Shown here: positions 39,940 through 51,600 of the stretch, in pieces
Numbering within the stretch: the first letter of the stretch is position 1
Layout: the number at the start of each line of letters is the position of its first letter
Assembly (NCBI RefSeq): GCF_018977255.1
Contig: NW_024704742.1
Location: 88,848,001 to 88,912,000, forward strand
Length of the DNA: 64,000 nucleotides
Direction: 5' to 3'
Source: Callorhinchus milii
Taxonomy: Eukaryota
Position numbers and translations under genes: made by a program
The notes under the pieces: model-generated
What the model was told of the DNA's origin: nothing
What the model saw: only the letters and a program-made list of their open reading frames with translations
The model's database searches: none

Positions 39940-40110
39940 CACTGACACGTGAAATTTCCCTGTATCTGGAATGGAATGAGCATTCTCCCTCTGGAGGGTC
40001 ACATCCTGCTTAATTCTGACAAGTATTAGACGCAGGTTAACAAGAGCCAAGACTTGGGGATCCCAGAGTGGGTGTTGGAGTACTTCTGGACTTTAACAAT
40101 CTAAAAAGGC
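39940..40110. repeat. Unclassified ancient repeat, copy 2 (inverted relative to copy 1)
   Basis: ggaatggaatg..ctccctctggaggg..cctgcttaattctg..agtattagacgcaggtt..gacttggggatcccagagt aligns with 60440-60590. Confidence 0.75.
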
Positions 40111-41289
40111 ATAACTTATCATTGAGAGCATTGGCCAGCAAGCTACTCTCTCCTAGTCCAGTTAGGACTTGGACCATCCTACTCCCAATAACTTTGGCTT
40201 GCAGGATTAAAGAGAGCAGATTGGGAAAAATTTCTGCTCCTAATGATGAATAGGACATTATACATAGACCCATCAGCACAATGTATTTGTGGCAATGGTC
40301 CAATAGATCAAAGAACCATGCTTGTTTTACAGGCAGTATAGCTTATTGTAAATTCTGTCTTAGGGTTTTATTTCAACGTTGCAGTGGGGCTCTCTATAAG
40401 GCTCCCTGAAAAATTATGAGATCTGATTTTACATGCACTGTTTATGGCTCCTTCACTAACAAAAAAACAACATAAAACCTCCCTTTATATGACATCTCCT
40501 CCTTGAAACATAATTTTTGCATGTCTCCCAAAGACAGCGCTGCCATAAACTAAGTGCACTATCTTACAGTTAAAGATATTTAACCGTTGCCTGTTATATT
40601 TAATATTCACAAGTTCATAAGAGAGGTTTGGGTGTCGAAAGACTTCAGCCAATTTTGACCTCATCTTTTCATAATTTCAATGCTACTTTCTCCCCACTAA
40701 AGCATCAAGATTGTTTGTTACACATGTCAGGTGCTCTGGCTTTAACCATACTTTCTGTTAAAGCGTTCCAACAGTTGAATTCCCTTTCCACAAAGAAATA
40801 TTTCTTGGTGCCTGCCATAAAGTTGCATTTCACAACCATGAACCTGTAGTGTCATGTCTTGATCTATCTGAATGTATTTGTCCAGATCCACTCTCTAAAA
40901 CTCATTTAGAGTGTTGGATATCCAGCCGGAATACTCAAGTTGCATTTCCGCCTTGTCTCCTTTTCAAGACCAACTTTCTTCATTGTGTCAATTTCAAGCT
41001 TTACCTTGCATCATGTACTTTGGGAAAGGAGTTGTCAATACGAGAAAGGAGGAAGCAAAAGCCCATTCACAAGTAGAATCCATGGTAAGTAAAATTGTGG
41101 CATTTCAACTGGAGGATAAAACATGCTTAAAAAGAAGTATTCGGGAGCTTGCTAAAGTAGTTTAAAAAGGGAGGAAAATCATCAAATAAGAATAAAAGAA
41201 TAATCTTATACACCACTTAAGAGAATCAAATCTTAAGCTTGTTAAGAAACTCAATTCTTGAATTCATCTCCCCCACCCCCCACAATTAG

Positions 41290-41412
41290 CGCAGTATGTA
41301 AAAACATCCTCCAGTACACTCTTTTAGATGAGGCATTAAACCAAGGTCCTATCTATCTTTTCAGATGGACTTTAAAGATCCCATGGCACTATTTAAAAAG
41401 GGAATGGAGTTT
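41290..41412 (+). mobile_element. Deu-domain SINE fragment cut by the adjacent CR1
   Basis: ttttagatgaggcattaaaccaaggtcct..cagatggactttaaagatcccatggcactattt. Confidence 0.7.
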
Positions 41413-42268
41413 CTGTTTCTCGCAATGGTAGGAGGTGTGCAGCGGTGTCCCCCAGGGATTGGTATTGGGACCACTCCTCTTTCTAATATATATTAATGAT
41501 CTGGACTTGGGCATAGGGAGCACTATTTCCAAGTTTGCAGATGATACCAAATTAGGTTGGGTAGTAAATAGTGAAGATGATTGTGACGGACTGCAGGCAG
41601 ACATACACAGAATGGTGGAATGGGCTGACATGTGTCAGATGGATTTCAATGTAGATAAGTGTGAGGTGATACACTTAGGTAGGAAAAATGATAGGAGGCA
41701 ATATAGGCTTGGTAGCTCAATCTTAAGGGGGTGAACGTACAAAGAGATCTGGGCGTTCAAGTAAGCGATTCATTGAAGGTGGCAGAGCAGGTAGATAGGG
41801 CAGTAAAAAGGGCATTTGGTGTACTGAGCTTCATTAGTAGGGGCATAGAGTATAAGAGTAGGGAGGTTATGCTTAATCTGTACAAAACACTGGTTAGGCC
41901 TCAGCTGGAGTACTGCATCCAGTTCTGGGCACCTTACCTCAGGAAGGATATTAAGGCACTGGAAAGGGTGCAGAGGAGATTCACGAGAATGATACCAGGA
42001 ATGGGAAGCTTAGCTATGAGAACAGGCTGGAGAAGTTAGGACTTTTCCCATTAGAGCAGAGAAGGTTACGCGGGGACCTGATAGAGGTCTTCAAGATCAT
42101 GAAAGGTTTCGACAGGCTAGATAGGGAAAAGCTGTTTCTGCTGGTAGGTGTGTCTGTGACTCGTGGTCACAGTCTTAAGATATCTACCAAAAGAAGCAGA
42201 TGGGAGGTTAGGAGAANTTTTTTCACTCAGCGAGTTGTTAGAATTTGGAATGATCTGCCCGAAAGCTG
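41413..42268 (+). mobile_element. CR1 LINE RT C-terminal fragment
   Basis: [79 protein letters not shown], with few frameshifts. Confidence 0.96.
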
Positions 42269-42530
42269 GTTAGACTCCAACATTACTCCCAACACACACG
42301 CTGGGGACCCCAAGACTTGGTTCCCACCAACCTATACTTAGGTAGAATAGAATTAGATAAGTAGGATGCACCCCTGCAGGGAGAGAGTGCGTATTCCATT
42401 CCAATAATCAATATCTCAGGAATTTCCATGTATAAATGAGATGCTTGGAACTCTCAGTCTGTTTTGGATACTCTTAAGCATGGTGGTGGGTTTCCACATG
42501 TGTCAGACACTCAGTGGACCAAAAATGAGT
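42265..42530. repeat. Unclassified ancient repeat, copy 3
   Basis: Colinear with 8005-8335 minus the MITE. Confidence 0.75.
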
Positions 42531-43699
42531 GTCCTTTCTCCCATTCCTTGAGTCCCTGATTTTCAAACTAATTCACTGCCATCTTAGATTCCAGCCTGAA
42601 GTGAGAGATCAGATTTTTTTTGGCCCTTATAGTGCCAGAGAAATGTTATTTTTATTTTGACATTTATTTTCTGGCTTGGACCTTTGGATGAGTGGACTGG
42701 CTAAATGTTATATTATATTCATGATTGGGCTTAGATTTAGGCTTGACTTTTCTCTGGTCATTGTCTTAAGAACAAGTTTGCTCTCTCCCTTACCTTGTTC
42801 AAGGTCTGTTTCAACACCTACCTTTTTGAACATGTTTTTGGTCATGTGTTTCCTCCCCACAATCCTATTGCAGTTTCAACAATAACATTACATTTGTTGT
42901 TACATTTCCATGTCGGGAGGACGTCTCAAAACTATTTTCTCAAATTTCAAAATCCCATAAGTTTTGAAAAGTAGATTATAGTCTTGGTTTGGAAGTCAGT
43001 TCTCTGCAGTTCTTACAAGGAACAATCTAACAGTGAATTACAACATTTTTCAAAGCTTGCATAATTTCAATATTAGGGCAATGGTCTTAAAGCTTAGACT
43101 GTAAGAAATATCATGCCACTGGGGTTCATTCTTCCAGCATCTCCACTAGGTATAAAACCTGTATAAATGACATATTGTGAAAAATAGCATGCTCCTCTCA
43201 AGGCAATATAGGTACAATGCACTTACTGGTGTTACCTTTATGCTATGCATACTGTGGTGCTTGACCTACCAGCTACAGTGTCTTATAATAGCAGGGAGTA
43301 CTATATTGAAAGAGCAGAGAGATAAAAATACAGCATTCCACTTTTCAGGCCAAAAGCACACTGCTCTTTCTATCTATCAATCTCAAAACAATCACTGCGA
43401 TGGAAACATCTCAGCCATTGGAATTATCTGTTTTCTTTCTCTAAAATGAAACATGGGGCACTGTGTGAAGTGGAAATTATTTGCAGAAAGAATGTTTGCT
43501 TTTTGAGTATTGGACACTGGAGTATTGGACAAGTTGGCACTTGAGTTTTATTTGTAGAGTGGAAAATATTGTCAAATAAGCTTATGAATAAAATGACATT
43601 AACCCATTCATCCCCTTAGTGATATTGTGCACAATTGCACAAGAACCATGCACAGATGTGATCAATGTTGAAAACTGCATTTGTCTTCAAATTATTTAT

Positions 43700-43766
43700 T
43701 ACTTATTTATTCTAAACGTGACCAATACTCTGAACCAGCCCAACATTTTATGGGTTTGGGTGGATG
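43700..43766 (+). repeat. 67-nt exact direct repeat, copy 1
   Basis: tacttatttattctaaacgtgaccaatactctgaaccagcccaacattttatgggtttgggtggatg is identical to 44488-44554. Confidence 0.95.
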
Positions 43767-44487
43767 TCTTCAAATGCAGAATCACTCCACTTTACAATAA
43801 ATCTGGTGAAGCGCTTTGAGATATCAACAACAACTTGCATTTATATAGCGCCACTCACACAGGGTAGCATCCCAAAAGCGCTTAATATCCTCCCGATGTA
43901 AAATGTGCTATATCAAATGTAAGTACAATAAACTCCTGATAACACAACCGGGAGCAATATGGTATCAGGGTTTTAGTATATTATTATTGTGGTTAGTAAT
44001 ATTTCTAAAAGAGAAGAAACATAGACTGTAAATATTTGGATCTTGCATTCAAGGGGAAATGCTGAAGGTTAGGAGTTAAACATTATTCTGTGCACTATTT
44101 TTCAACCCAGATTTAATTAAGCAGGTAGTTCCAAGCTCATCCCTATCATCTTCAGGTTCCTGGGCTGAACATTTTTCTGCTTGCTCTTTCTCTCCATTTA
44201 GCTGTTATCAGGGAGGAAGAAAAAATAATTGTTTGGGGTCTGAGAGGTTCAGGTCAGAACACATGTATTCGTACCAGGTTCAATCATGTGTATCTCCTGC
44301 AAAATGTAGTTTACCTGCCAAGATGATGCTGTTCATGAAGGAGAGCTATTTATTTGGTTCTAGATGTTTTACTCAGCTGCATGCAGATTGGAGCCTAAGA
44401 CACAAGCCTGATTACATTTCCTACTGTCTTTGATTCCTGCATGGCTATCCTGATGAATAAGTTGCTTTCCTGCATCTCAGTAAAATA

Positions 44488-44554
44488 TACTTATTTATTC
44501 TAAACGTGACCAATACTCTGAACCAGCCCAACATTTTATGGGTTTGGGTGGATG
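44488..44554 (+). repeat. 67-nt exact direct repeat, copy 2
   Basis: Identical to 43700-43766. Confidence 0.95.
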
Positions 44555-44994
44555 GGTGGTTAGGTTCTTCCCTGAATCAGTGAGATAAGAAAGCTTCCCA
44601 AACTCCCATTACACTTTCACCAGAAAAAGGGAAAAATTCCACCTGAATCTAGATTTGCTCAATTCATGTAACATTTCAGAGCACCCAGTGTCCCTTCAAC
44701 TCACTCCTTTTCTCAAATTCTTCAAGATCCGCCTCAAGACCGTCCTCTTTGACCAGACTTTTGGCTATCTTTCTCCCCCTGATCCTCCTAACTCCATCCC
44801 CACTCCCTTGGGCCCAGTCCAGCCTTGAGACATACTTTCAAAATCAAAGGTGTGGAATAAATGTCAATTTGTATTATATTGTATCCAGAATTTCACACAT
44901 TCTTAAATCTAGTCTTCATTTTGAAGCCAGTTTCCCTAAATTCTTTTAAGAATTGCAGAAAAACAGTTTCAAACTTGGTTTGTATTCCTGCCTA

Positions 44995-45290
44995 CTTTGG
45001 CGGATGTTTCAAACACTTCACAGGATTTACTGTAAAGTGTAGTGACTGTATTTGGTAGGCAAATATGGCAGTCAATTTGCACACAGCAATATCTGGCAAA
45101 CAGCCATGACAGGAATGACCAATTTTATCTGGACGATTGTGTGCAGGACACCAGGAGAATTTCCGTTCTCTTTTCAAATAGTGCTAAGAGATCTTTAACA
45201 TCCTCCTCAACAAGCTGATGGGAGCTTAGTTTAACATCTCATCTCTTAACCTTCTCATCTCTTAAATCCATGACCTTCTGACTGAAAAGT
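44995..45290 (-). mobile_element. Deu-domain SINE (degraded)
   Basis: Reverse complement of Deu core and 3' body (caggacaccaggagaa..atctttaacatc..gtttaacatctcatct). Confidence 0.7.
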
Positions 45291-45429
45291 AAGAGTAGTT
45301 CATCCAAAGAAGAGTCAATAGGGACCATTTTATGATGTGCTAATTAACACATGATTTAATTTAGAAACCTCATGATATTTAGCACATTGATCCAGATGTG
45401 TTGAAGGTGGACATTGTGCTTGACATAGG

Positions 45430-46110
45430 TGTCAGCTTGGCTTAGTTAGTAGCACCCTCGTCTCTGAGTCAGAGGATTGTGGGTTCTACAACAACAAGAA
45501 CAACATTAAATTCCATTTGTATCGCACCTTTCACATCAGGAGGACGTCCCAAGGTCCTGGACAAACAGAGATTTGGACCCGAGTAGAGGGTTGAGATCAA
45601 GAGGGGTGGAGGGCAGGAAGGATAGGGGTAAGATCGAAGACATGGTCGAAGAGGAGGGTCTTAAGACATGCCTTGAAGCAGGCAAGGGAGGGAGCAAGGC
45701 AAAGGGACTGTGGGACAGATTTCTGAAGGTTGGGGGCAGAGATACTGAAGGCCCGACCATCAATTCTGGGGTGGGCAGGGCAGAGGATATGGAGCAGGCC
45801 AGAGCTGCTGAGTGGTGGGAAACTTGAACTCAAGCAGTTCAGGATAACACTCCAATGCAGTGTCGGAGATATGTTGAAGGAGGTGCGGTACTTTGATTGA
45901 GACATTAAACTAAGTTACTGTCTACCTGTCCAGGTGGACTTTAAATATCCCATAGCACTATTCACAAAGAGAAGGGAGTTTCTTCTGGTGTCCAGCCAAC
46001 AATCCCCCAAAGCAACTTAGTTACTAACTTCATGACAGGGACATTGCTGTGTGCAAATGTTCATCTAACATGAAAAGTACTATACCAAATGCAAGGATTA
46101 TAATAATTTA
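45430..46110 (+). mobile_element. Deu-domain SINE split by an antisense L2 3' fragment (about 45488-45820)
   Basis: Head gtcagcttggcttagttagtagcaccctcgtctctgagtcagagg. Resumes with caggtggactttaaatatcccatagcactattc. Insert encodes IDGRAFSISAPNL..FKACLKTLLFD. Confidence 0.82.
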
Positions 46111-46187
46111 GTATTGCCTTTCTCAGCGTTTATGTGAGAAGCGGACGTTGGTGATATCTTTCACCTGATTTTTGTTTGCTGGATATG

Positions 46188-46570
46188 AATAATAATAATC
46201 CTTGCATTTGATATAGCACCTTATCACGTCTTCGAGACGTCTCAAAGCACTTCATGAGTATACTGTAAAGTGAATCAATTATATATTTTGTGGGCGAAAT
46301 ACGGCAGTCAATAGTGCATAGCAGTGTCCCACAAAGAGTCGTGGATTGAATTACCAAATTATTATTATTATTAATTTATCTTTTTTTAAGGGATTATTTT
46401 CCCTGGAAAATGATCCGCAATCGACTAACAACTGGGTTCCTACTTTCTGCTAGGTAAGCAGAGGTGTGTGGAGTAAGGAAACTTGGCCAACCTTTCGCCC
46501 AGCCCAGGAATCAAACCCAGGTCCTCTCGCTAGTGAGGCGAGTGCTCTAACTACTAAGCTACAGGACTCC
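46188..46570 (-). mobile_element. Full-length tRNA-Ala-type SINE (intermediate subfamily)
   Basis: Head ggagtcctgtagcttagtagttagagcactcgcc, long middle segment, stem ACGTCT-cga-AGACGT, (TTA)n. Confidence 0.92.
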
Positions 46571-46694
46571 GAAGCTGCACACCTACAGAAATATTGTGAA
46601 ATTATATTATAAATAAGATATTATTAATCCATCTATCAATGGTTTGCATTGAACTTCTGGTTTGCGGATTGCTGACATACAGGCTTCACTCTTT

Positions 46695-46900
46695 GTTCAG
46701 TTAGTAGATTGGCAGATCACTTTCTGGGGCTAATAATCCCTTCAAAAATAAAATCCATGACTGGATACTGCTGTGCACAATTGGCTGTCACGTTCTGCCC
46801 AGAAATATGCACTCAATTCACTTCACAATATAATTTGTGAAGTGCTTTGAGTGGGCTCAATGATGTGATAAGGCGCTATATCAAATGCAAGGATTATTAT
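46695..46900 (+). mobile_element. SINE 3' half
   Basis: gttagtagattggcagatc..gctgtgcacaattggctg..aggcgctatatcaaatgcaaggattattat. Confidence 0.8.
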
Positions 46901-48234
46901 ATCCTCAGTGTTATTGGTGAGCAGCCGAACCTGAACTACTTTGCACTAACTGTAAAAATACAAAATTCTGTATGTTGTAAAGACTGGAAAATGTCTGGCC
47001 CAAGCCAGGCAGTAATTGAATTGAACAATTGTGATTACATTACCTCACTGTCACCACAACCCTTAAATGAAGTTACCGTCTTGTATCTTGGTGTCAGTCA
47101 TCCATTATCCGTATGTTATTGGGATGATCTATTCTGTTACAAGCTGGCAGTAACATATAGTACCTGTAACCTTCTCTCTCATCACTGACTGCAGTTTAGT
47201 AGATGTACAGGTTCACTATTTCTCTTCTGGAAGGGCTAGAGTGGAATCAATGAATCAACATGCATGCAATGAGACTGTAATTGTCCTTAAAACATTGTGC
47301 AGCTCAATGTTTTGCTTCACTGGGATTCTGACATGCATACAAACTCCTCACCTTGCCTCTAGTTTAGGTGGTAAGAACACATGATGTAAGCAGAGTTTCT
47401 GATTTACTATTTCTGGAATGCACATTCTGTTCACAAAGAGGCTGGGGTGAGTAAGTAAGAGGCCTCATTAGAAACACATCCCCGTTTCTGGTACCTAGAT
47501 TGTATGGATTGGTATTGAATCCAAACTGCATGTTGGTGTATTACAACATGCAATGCTGAGAAGATTCCTGATACTTGTTGAGATATTCCATCTGTCAGAA
47601 TGTTTGATTTCAGGATCATGAGGAGTCTAGTGGGAAGAATCCCAACCTCCATGACATTTTAACACTACAGAGAATCCATCAATGAGCAGGAAGACTGGTT
47701 AATTAACAACTGTGCTCTGGGGTATTGCGGACTTGCCTGGCTTGGGTATTAGCTCACTGAACCTACCACAGAAAGTTGACTCAACGACATGCCTTTCATG
47801 TCAGGAGGACGTCCCAGGTTGCTGGACAGTCGAGAATCCAACACCACTCTCTCTTCAACACCTTGGTTCATCACCTAACACCCCCCCCCCCCCCCCCCCC
47901 GCCACCACCATCTCCACCTCCACCTCCATCTTTGGGATTTCTCCTCTCTTTACTCCTGCTCTCGATCACGGAGATTAGTGGTTTCAGTGCAACTCACTGA
48001 GTATCGTGTGAGACAATGCTCAATTGCAGGCTTCGGGGTCAATAGAAAAATGTAGCCACAAAGTGGCATCCTCGATGGTATTGAAAAGTTGTGATTTGGA
48101 TTGAATCATTTGTGCCAAAGCCAGGGGAATGGAAGAGTCTTTAGTAACCAGTCTTTAGGAATGGATGCAAAATGTGATGCTTCATTACAGATTTGGTAAC
48201 ACGTTTGATAATAACAATGAAATCTAATATAAAC

Positions 48235-48445
48235 CATTGCATTTTTCAACCACCTTCAGTGGGCGGATTTTCAGCCTTTCTGTCCCCAGTCCCTGGAATT
48301 CCATCCCAAAGTCTCTCCAACTCATTCCCTCCCTCACCTCATTCAAGGTCTGTCTGAAGACCTTCCACAGCTCAGGTGCCCACTCAGTGCTGTTAAGTGC
48401 TGTGGGACATCCTCCCAATATGAAAGGCACTATATAAATGTTAAT
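48235..48445 (+). mobile_element. Degraded L2 3' fragment
   Basis: GRIFSLSVPSPWNSIP..SFKVCLKTF translation and stem-loop remnant. Confidence 0.75.
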
Positions 48446-48626
48446 CTGTATTGCATTGTTACAATATCTTCTTGAAAGGCAATGTTTTTAAACTCTTTGT
48501 GAGAGAAAATCAGAGTGTTCTTTTCATGCTCCTTTACTTTCATTCTCCGATGCACCTAACTATTAGCTTGTGTTACAGACACTAGCAGTTGCTTTGGTCC
48601 ATCGTTGCTGCAAAGCAAATGTAAAG

Positions 48627-51600
48627 TCCTCTAGAGTCGGGGAGCGGCAGCAGGACAGCGCGGGGAGGAGCCTGGGCCTACTGACCCAGGTACTTAAACT
48701 CGACGCCGGAGCGAGTGCAGCCCCGGGGGGGGGGGGGGGGGAGGGGTGGGGCGGAGCGGGGGAACTGCGACGTCATAGATTAGTTTTCAGGTGAGTGCGC
48801 GCGCACAAAAAAAAAAAAAAAAAAAAAAAACCTCTGCGCCCCCCCCCCCCCCCAGGGCTCACATCAGAGCCCACTATGGTCCTGTTGGGTTCGATGCCCC
48901 AATCTGCGGGATAATGCCATCCACCTGACCGCTCGCTCCCGGTCCCCGCGTGCGCACTATGGCTGCCGCTTTGACCCGAGCCCCCTCACCCCCTCCCTCC
49001 CGCCCCCCTCCTCTCTCCCCCAAACCCTCCCCCCTCTGCATCTCTCCCGCTCTCTCCTCCTCTCTCTCCGTCCCTCTCGTCTTCTATCCCCACTTGACCC
49101 TCCCACAACCTCCCTCTGTTCCAGCCTGGGAATCCTCCGCCGGGCTCACCGTGGCACTCGGCGTTGGCTGTCCAGCAGCAGCCACACCGACTGCCCCATT
49201 CCCCACCACTCTCGCCAGCCACCCCGGACACAGACCCGGGGAGTCAACCTCTCCTCCCTCATCCCCATCTCCCCCACCCCTGCCTCACAACCTGGACCCC
49301 CTCCCCTCCCACACACCCTTCTGTCAACCGCTCCCTCCACATCGGACTGCAAAATGTCCGCTCCCTCTGCAACAAGGCCCTGGTCATCAACGATCTCATC
49401 CTTGATGAGAACGTTGATATCATGGCCTTGACAGAAACGTGGCTCACCCCAGGCGACACCTTCCCCCTCACGGAGGCCACGCCACCCGGCTACACCTCCC
49501 ACCACATCCCCCGCCCCAACCGCCGTGGCGGTGGTGTTGCCCTTATCTCAAGGACACCACTTGCCCTATCCCCCTACTCCACTGGCTCTTTCCCCTCCTT
49601 CGAGCACCTCACCCTCTCCCACCCCTCATTCCTCTCCCTTAAAATCCTCCTCCTCTACCGGCCCCCTAAAACCTCTCCCACCTTCATCTCTGACATTTCA
49701 ACACTCCTCACATCTCTTTGCCTCTGCTCCGATCGCCTCATCATCCTGGGCGACTTTAACCTACACTTCACCCCCTCCTGCTCCATCTCCACAGACTTCT
49801 CTTCCCTGCTCTCCTCACTCAACCTTTCCCTACACATAAACTCCCCCACTCACAGTCACGGCCACCCACTCGATTTGGTGATCACCCGGGGCCTCAGTGT
49901 CTCGGATGTCACTATTACCGACAAGGCCATCTCCGACCACTACTTCATCTCCTTCACCACCTCCACCCCCCTCCCCACCTCCACCAGACCCACCACCATC
50001 TTCTACCGCCCTTGGAAGAAGTTACCCCCACAATCCCTAACCGATGCCTTGGAGTCCTCTGAACTCCTCTCCCTCTGGCCTTCAACCCTCACCGACCCCT
50101 CTTCTCCTCTCTCCCTCCTCCACAATATCCTCTCCTCCACACTCGATACTCTTGCCCCCATCACTTCCCGCACTGTCTCCTACTCCCGCTCCTCCCCCTG
50201 GTACACCACCCACCTCCGCTCACTGAAATGCCAGGTGCGGGCTGCTGAGCGCACCTTTGTCAAATCCGGCTTAACGGTCCACCGACAAATCTGGCTGGAC
50301 CTCCTCAAAATTTACCGCTCCACTCTAGCCTCGGCCAAGTCGTCCTTCTACTCCAGGATAATCCTGGAGGCGAAGAACAACCCCAGGCTACTGTTTTCCA
50401 CCACATCCCGACTCCTCCGTCCCCCCGCCACCCCGCGCAGGTCATCTCCTCCAACCTTCACTGCGAGGAGATGCTGGATTTCCTTGAATCCAAGATCAAG
50501 GGAATCCGCTCCGCGGTCACTTCCCCTCCAACTTCCACCCACCACCCACCCCTTCCCTCCCACACTCCGACTCCTACCCATCCTCCCCTACACACCTTCG
50601 TACCCGTTTCCCCACCCTCTGTCACTGAACTCATCCTATCCCTAAAACCAACCACCTGCTCCCTTGACCCCATCCCCACTCCACTCCTTATCTCCCAGCT
50701 CCATTTTCTTGCCCCACACATCACTGACATCATAAACCTGTCCCTCTCCTCTGGCTCTGTCCCCATTCCATTAAAAACTGCCATCATCACGCCCACCCTG
50801 AAAAAACCCTCCCTTGATGCGTCGCAGCTATCAAGCTACCGGCCCATCTCCAACCTCCCCTTTCTCTCCAAGGTCTTGGAAAGAGTTGTCGCCTCCCAAC
50901 TGCGCTCTTTCCTCTCCACCCATTCTCTTTTTGAACCCCTTCAGTCAGGTTTCCGTGCTGCTCATAGCACAGAAACTGCCCTGGTCAAGGTCACCAATGA
51001 TATCCTGACCATCTGTGACCAGGGCTCCCTCTGTCTCCTCGTCCTCCTCGACCTATCGGCAGCATTCGATACGGTCGACCACGCTATCCTACTCCACCGC
51101 TTGTCCTCCCACCTCAACCTTCAAGGCACTGTCCTTGAATGGTTTAGGTCGTACCTTTCTCACCGTCTTCACTTCGTCTCAACGAATGGCTTCTCCTCCA
51201 CCCCCCGTACTGTCTCATGTGGTGTCCCTCAGGGCTCTGTCCTCGGTCCCCTCCTCTTCACCCTCTATATGCTCCCCCTTGGTGACATCATCCGCAAACA
51301 TGGGGTTAACTTCCACATGTATGCGGATGACACCCAACTCTACCTTTCCTCCTCTACTCTCAACTCCACGACCACCGATGTCCTGACAGCCTGCCTGTCC
51401 GACATCGAGTCCTGGACGAGAGACAACTTTCTTCAGCTCAACGTGCGAAAAACCGAGGCCCTCCTGATTGGCTCACGTCAGCGCCTCCGCACCTCAGGCG
51501 CTGACACCATCAGCATCCAAGGCTGCACTCTCCACCTCTCAAAGCCAGTCAGGAACCTCGGCGTTTTGTTCGACCCTGAGCTGTCCTTTCTCCCTCACAT

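Noticed and set aside
48855..48925. Hammerhead, HDV-like or twister ribozyme in the L2 leader
   Set aside because: The minus strand has CTGATGT rather than CUGANGA with a matching GAAA, and I could not build an HDV double pseudoknot or a twister core by eye.
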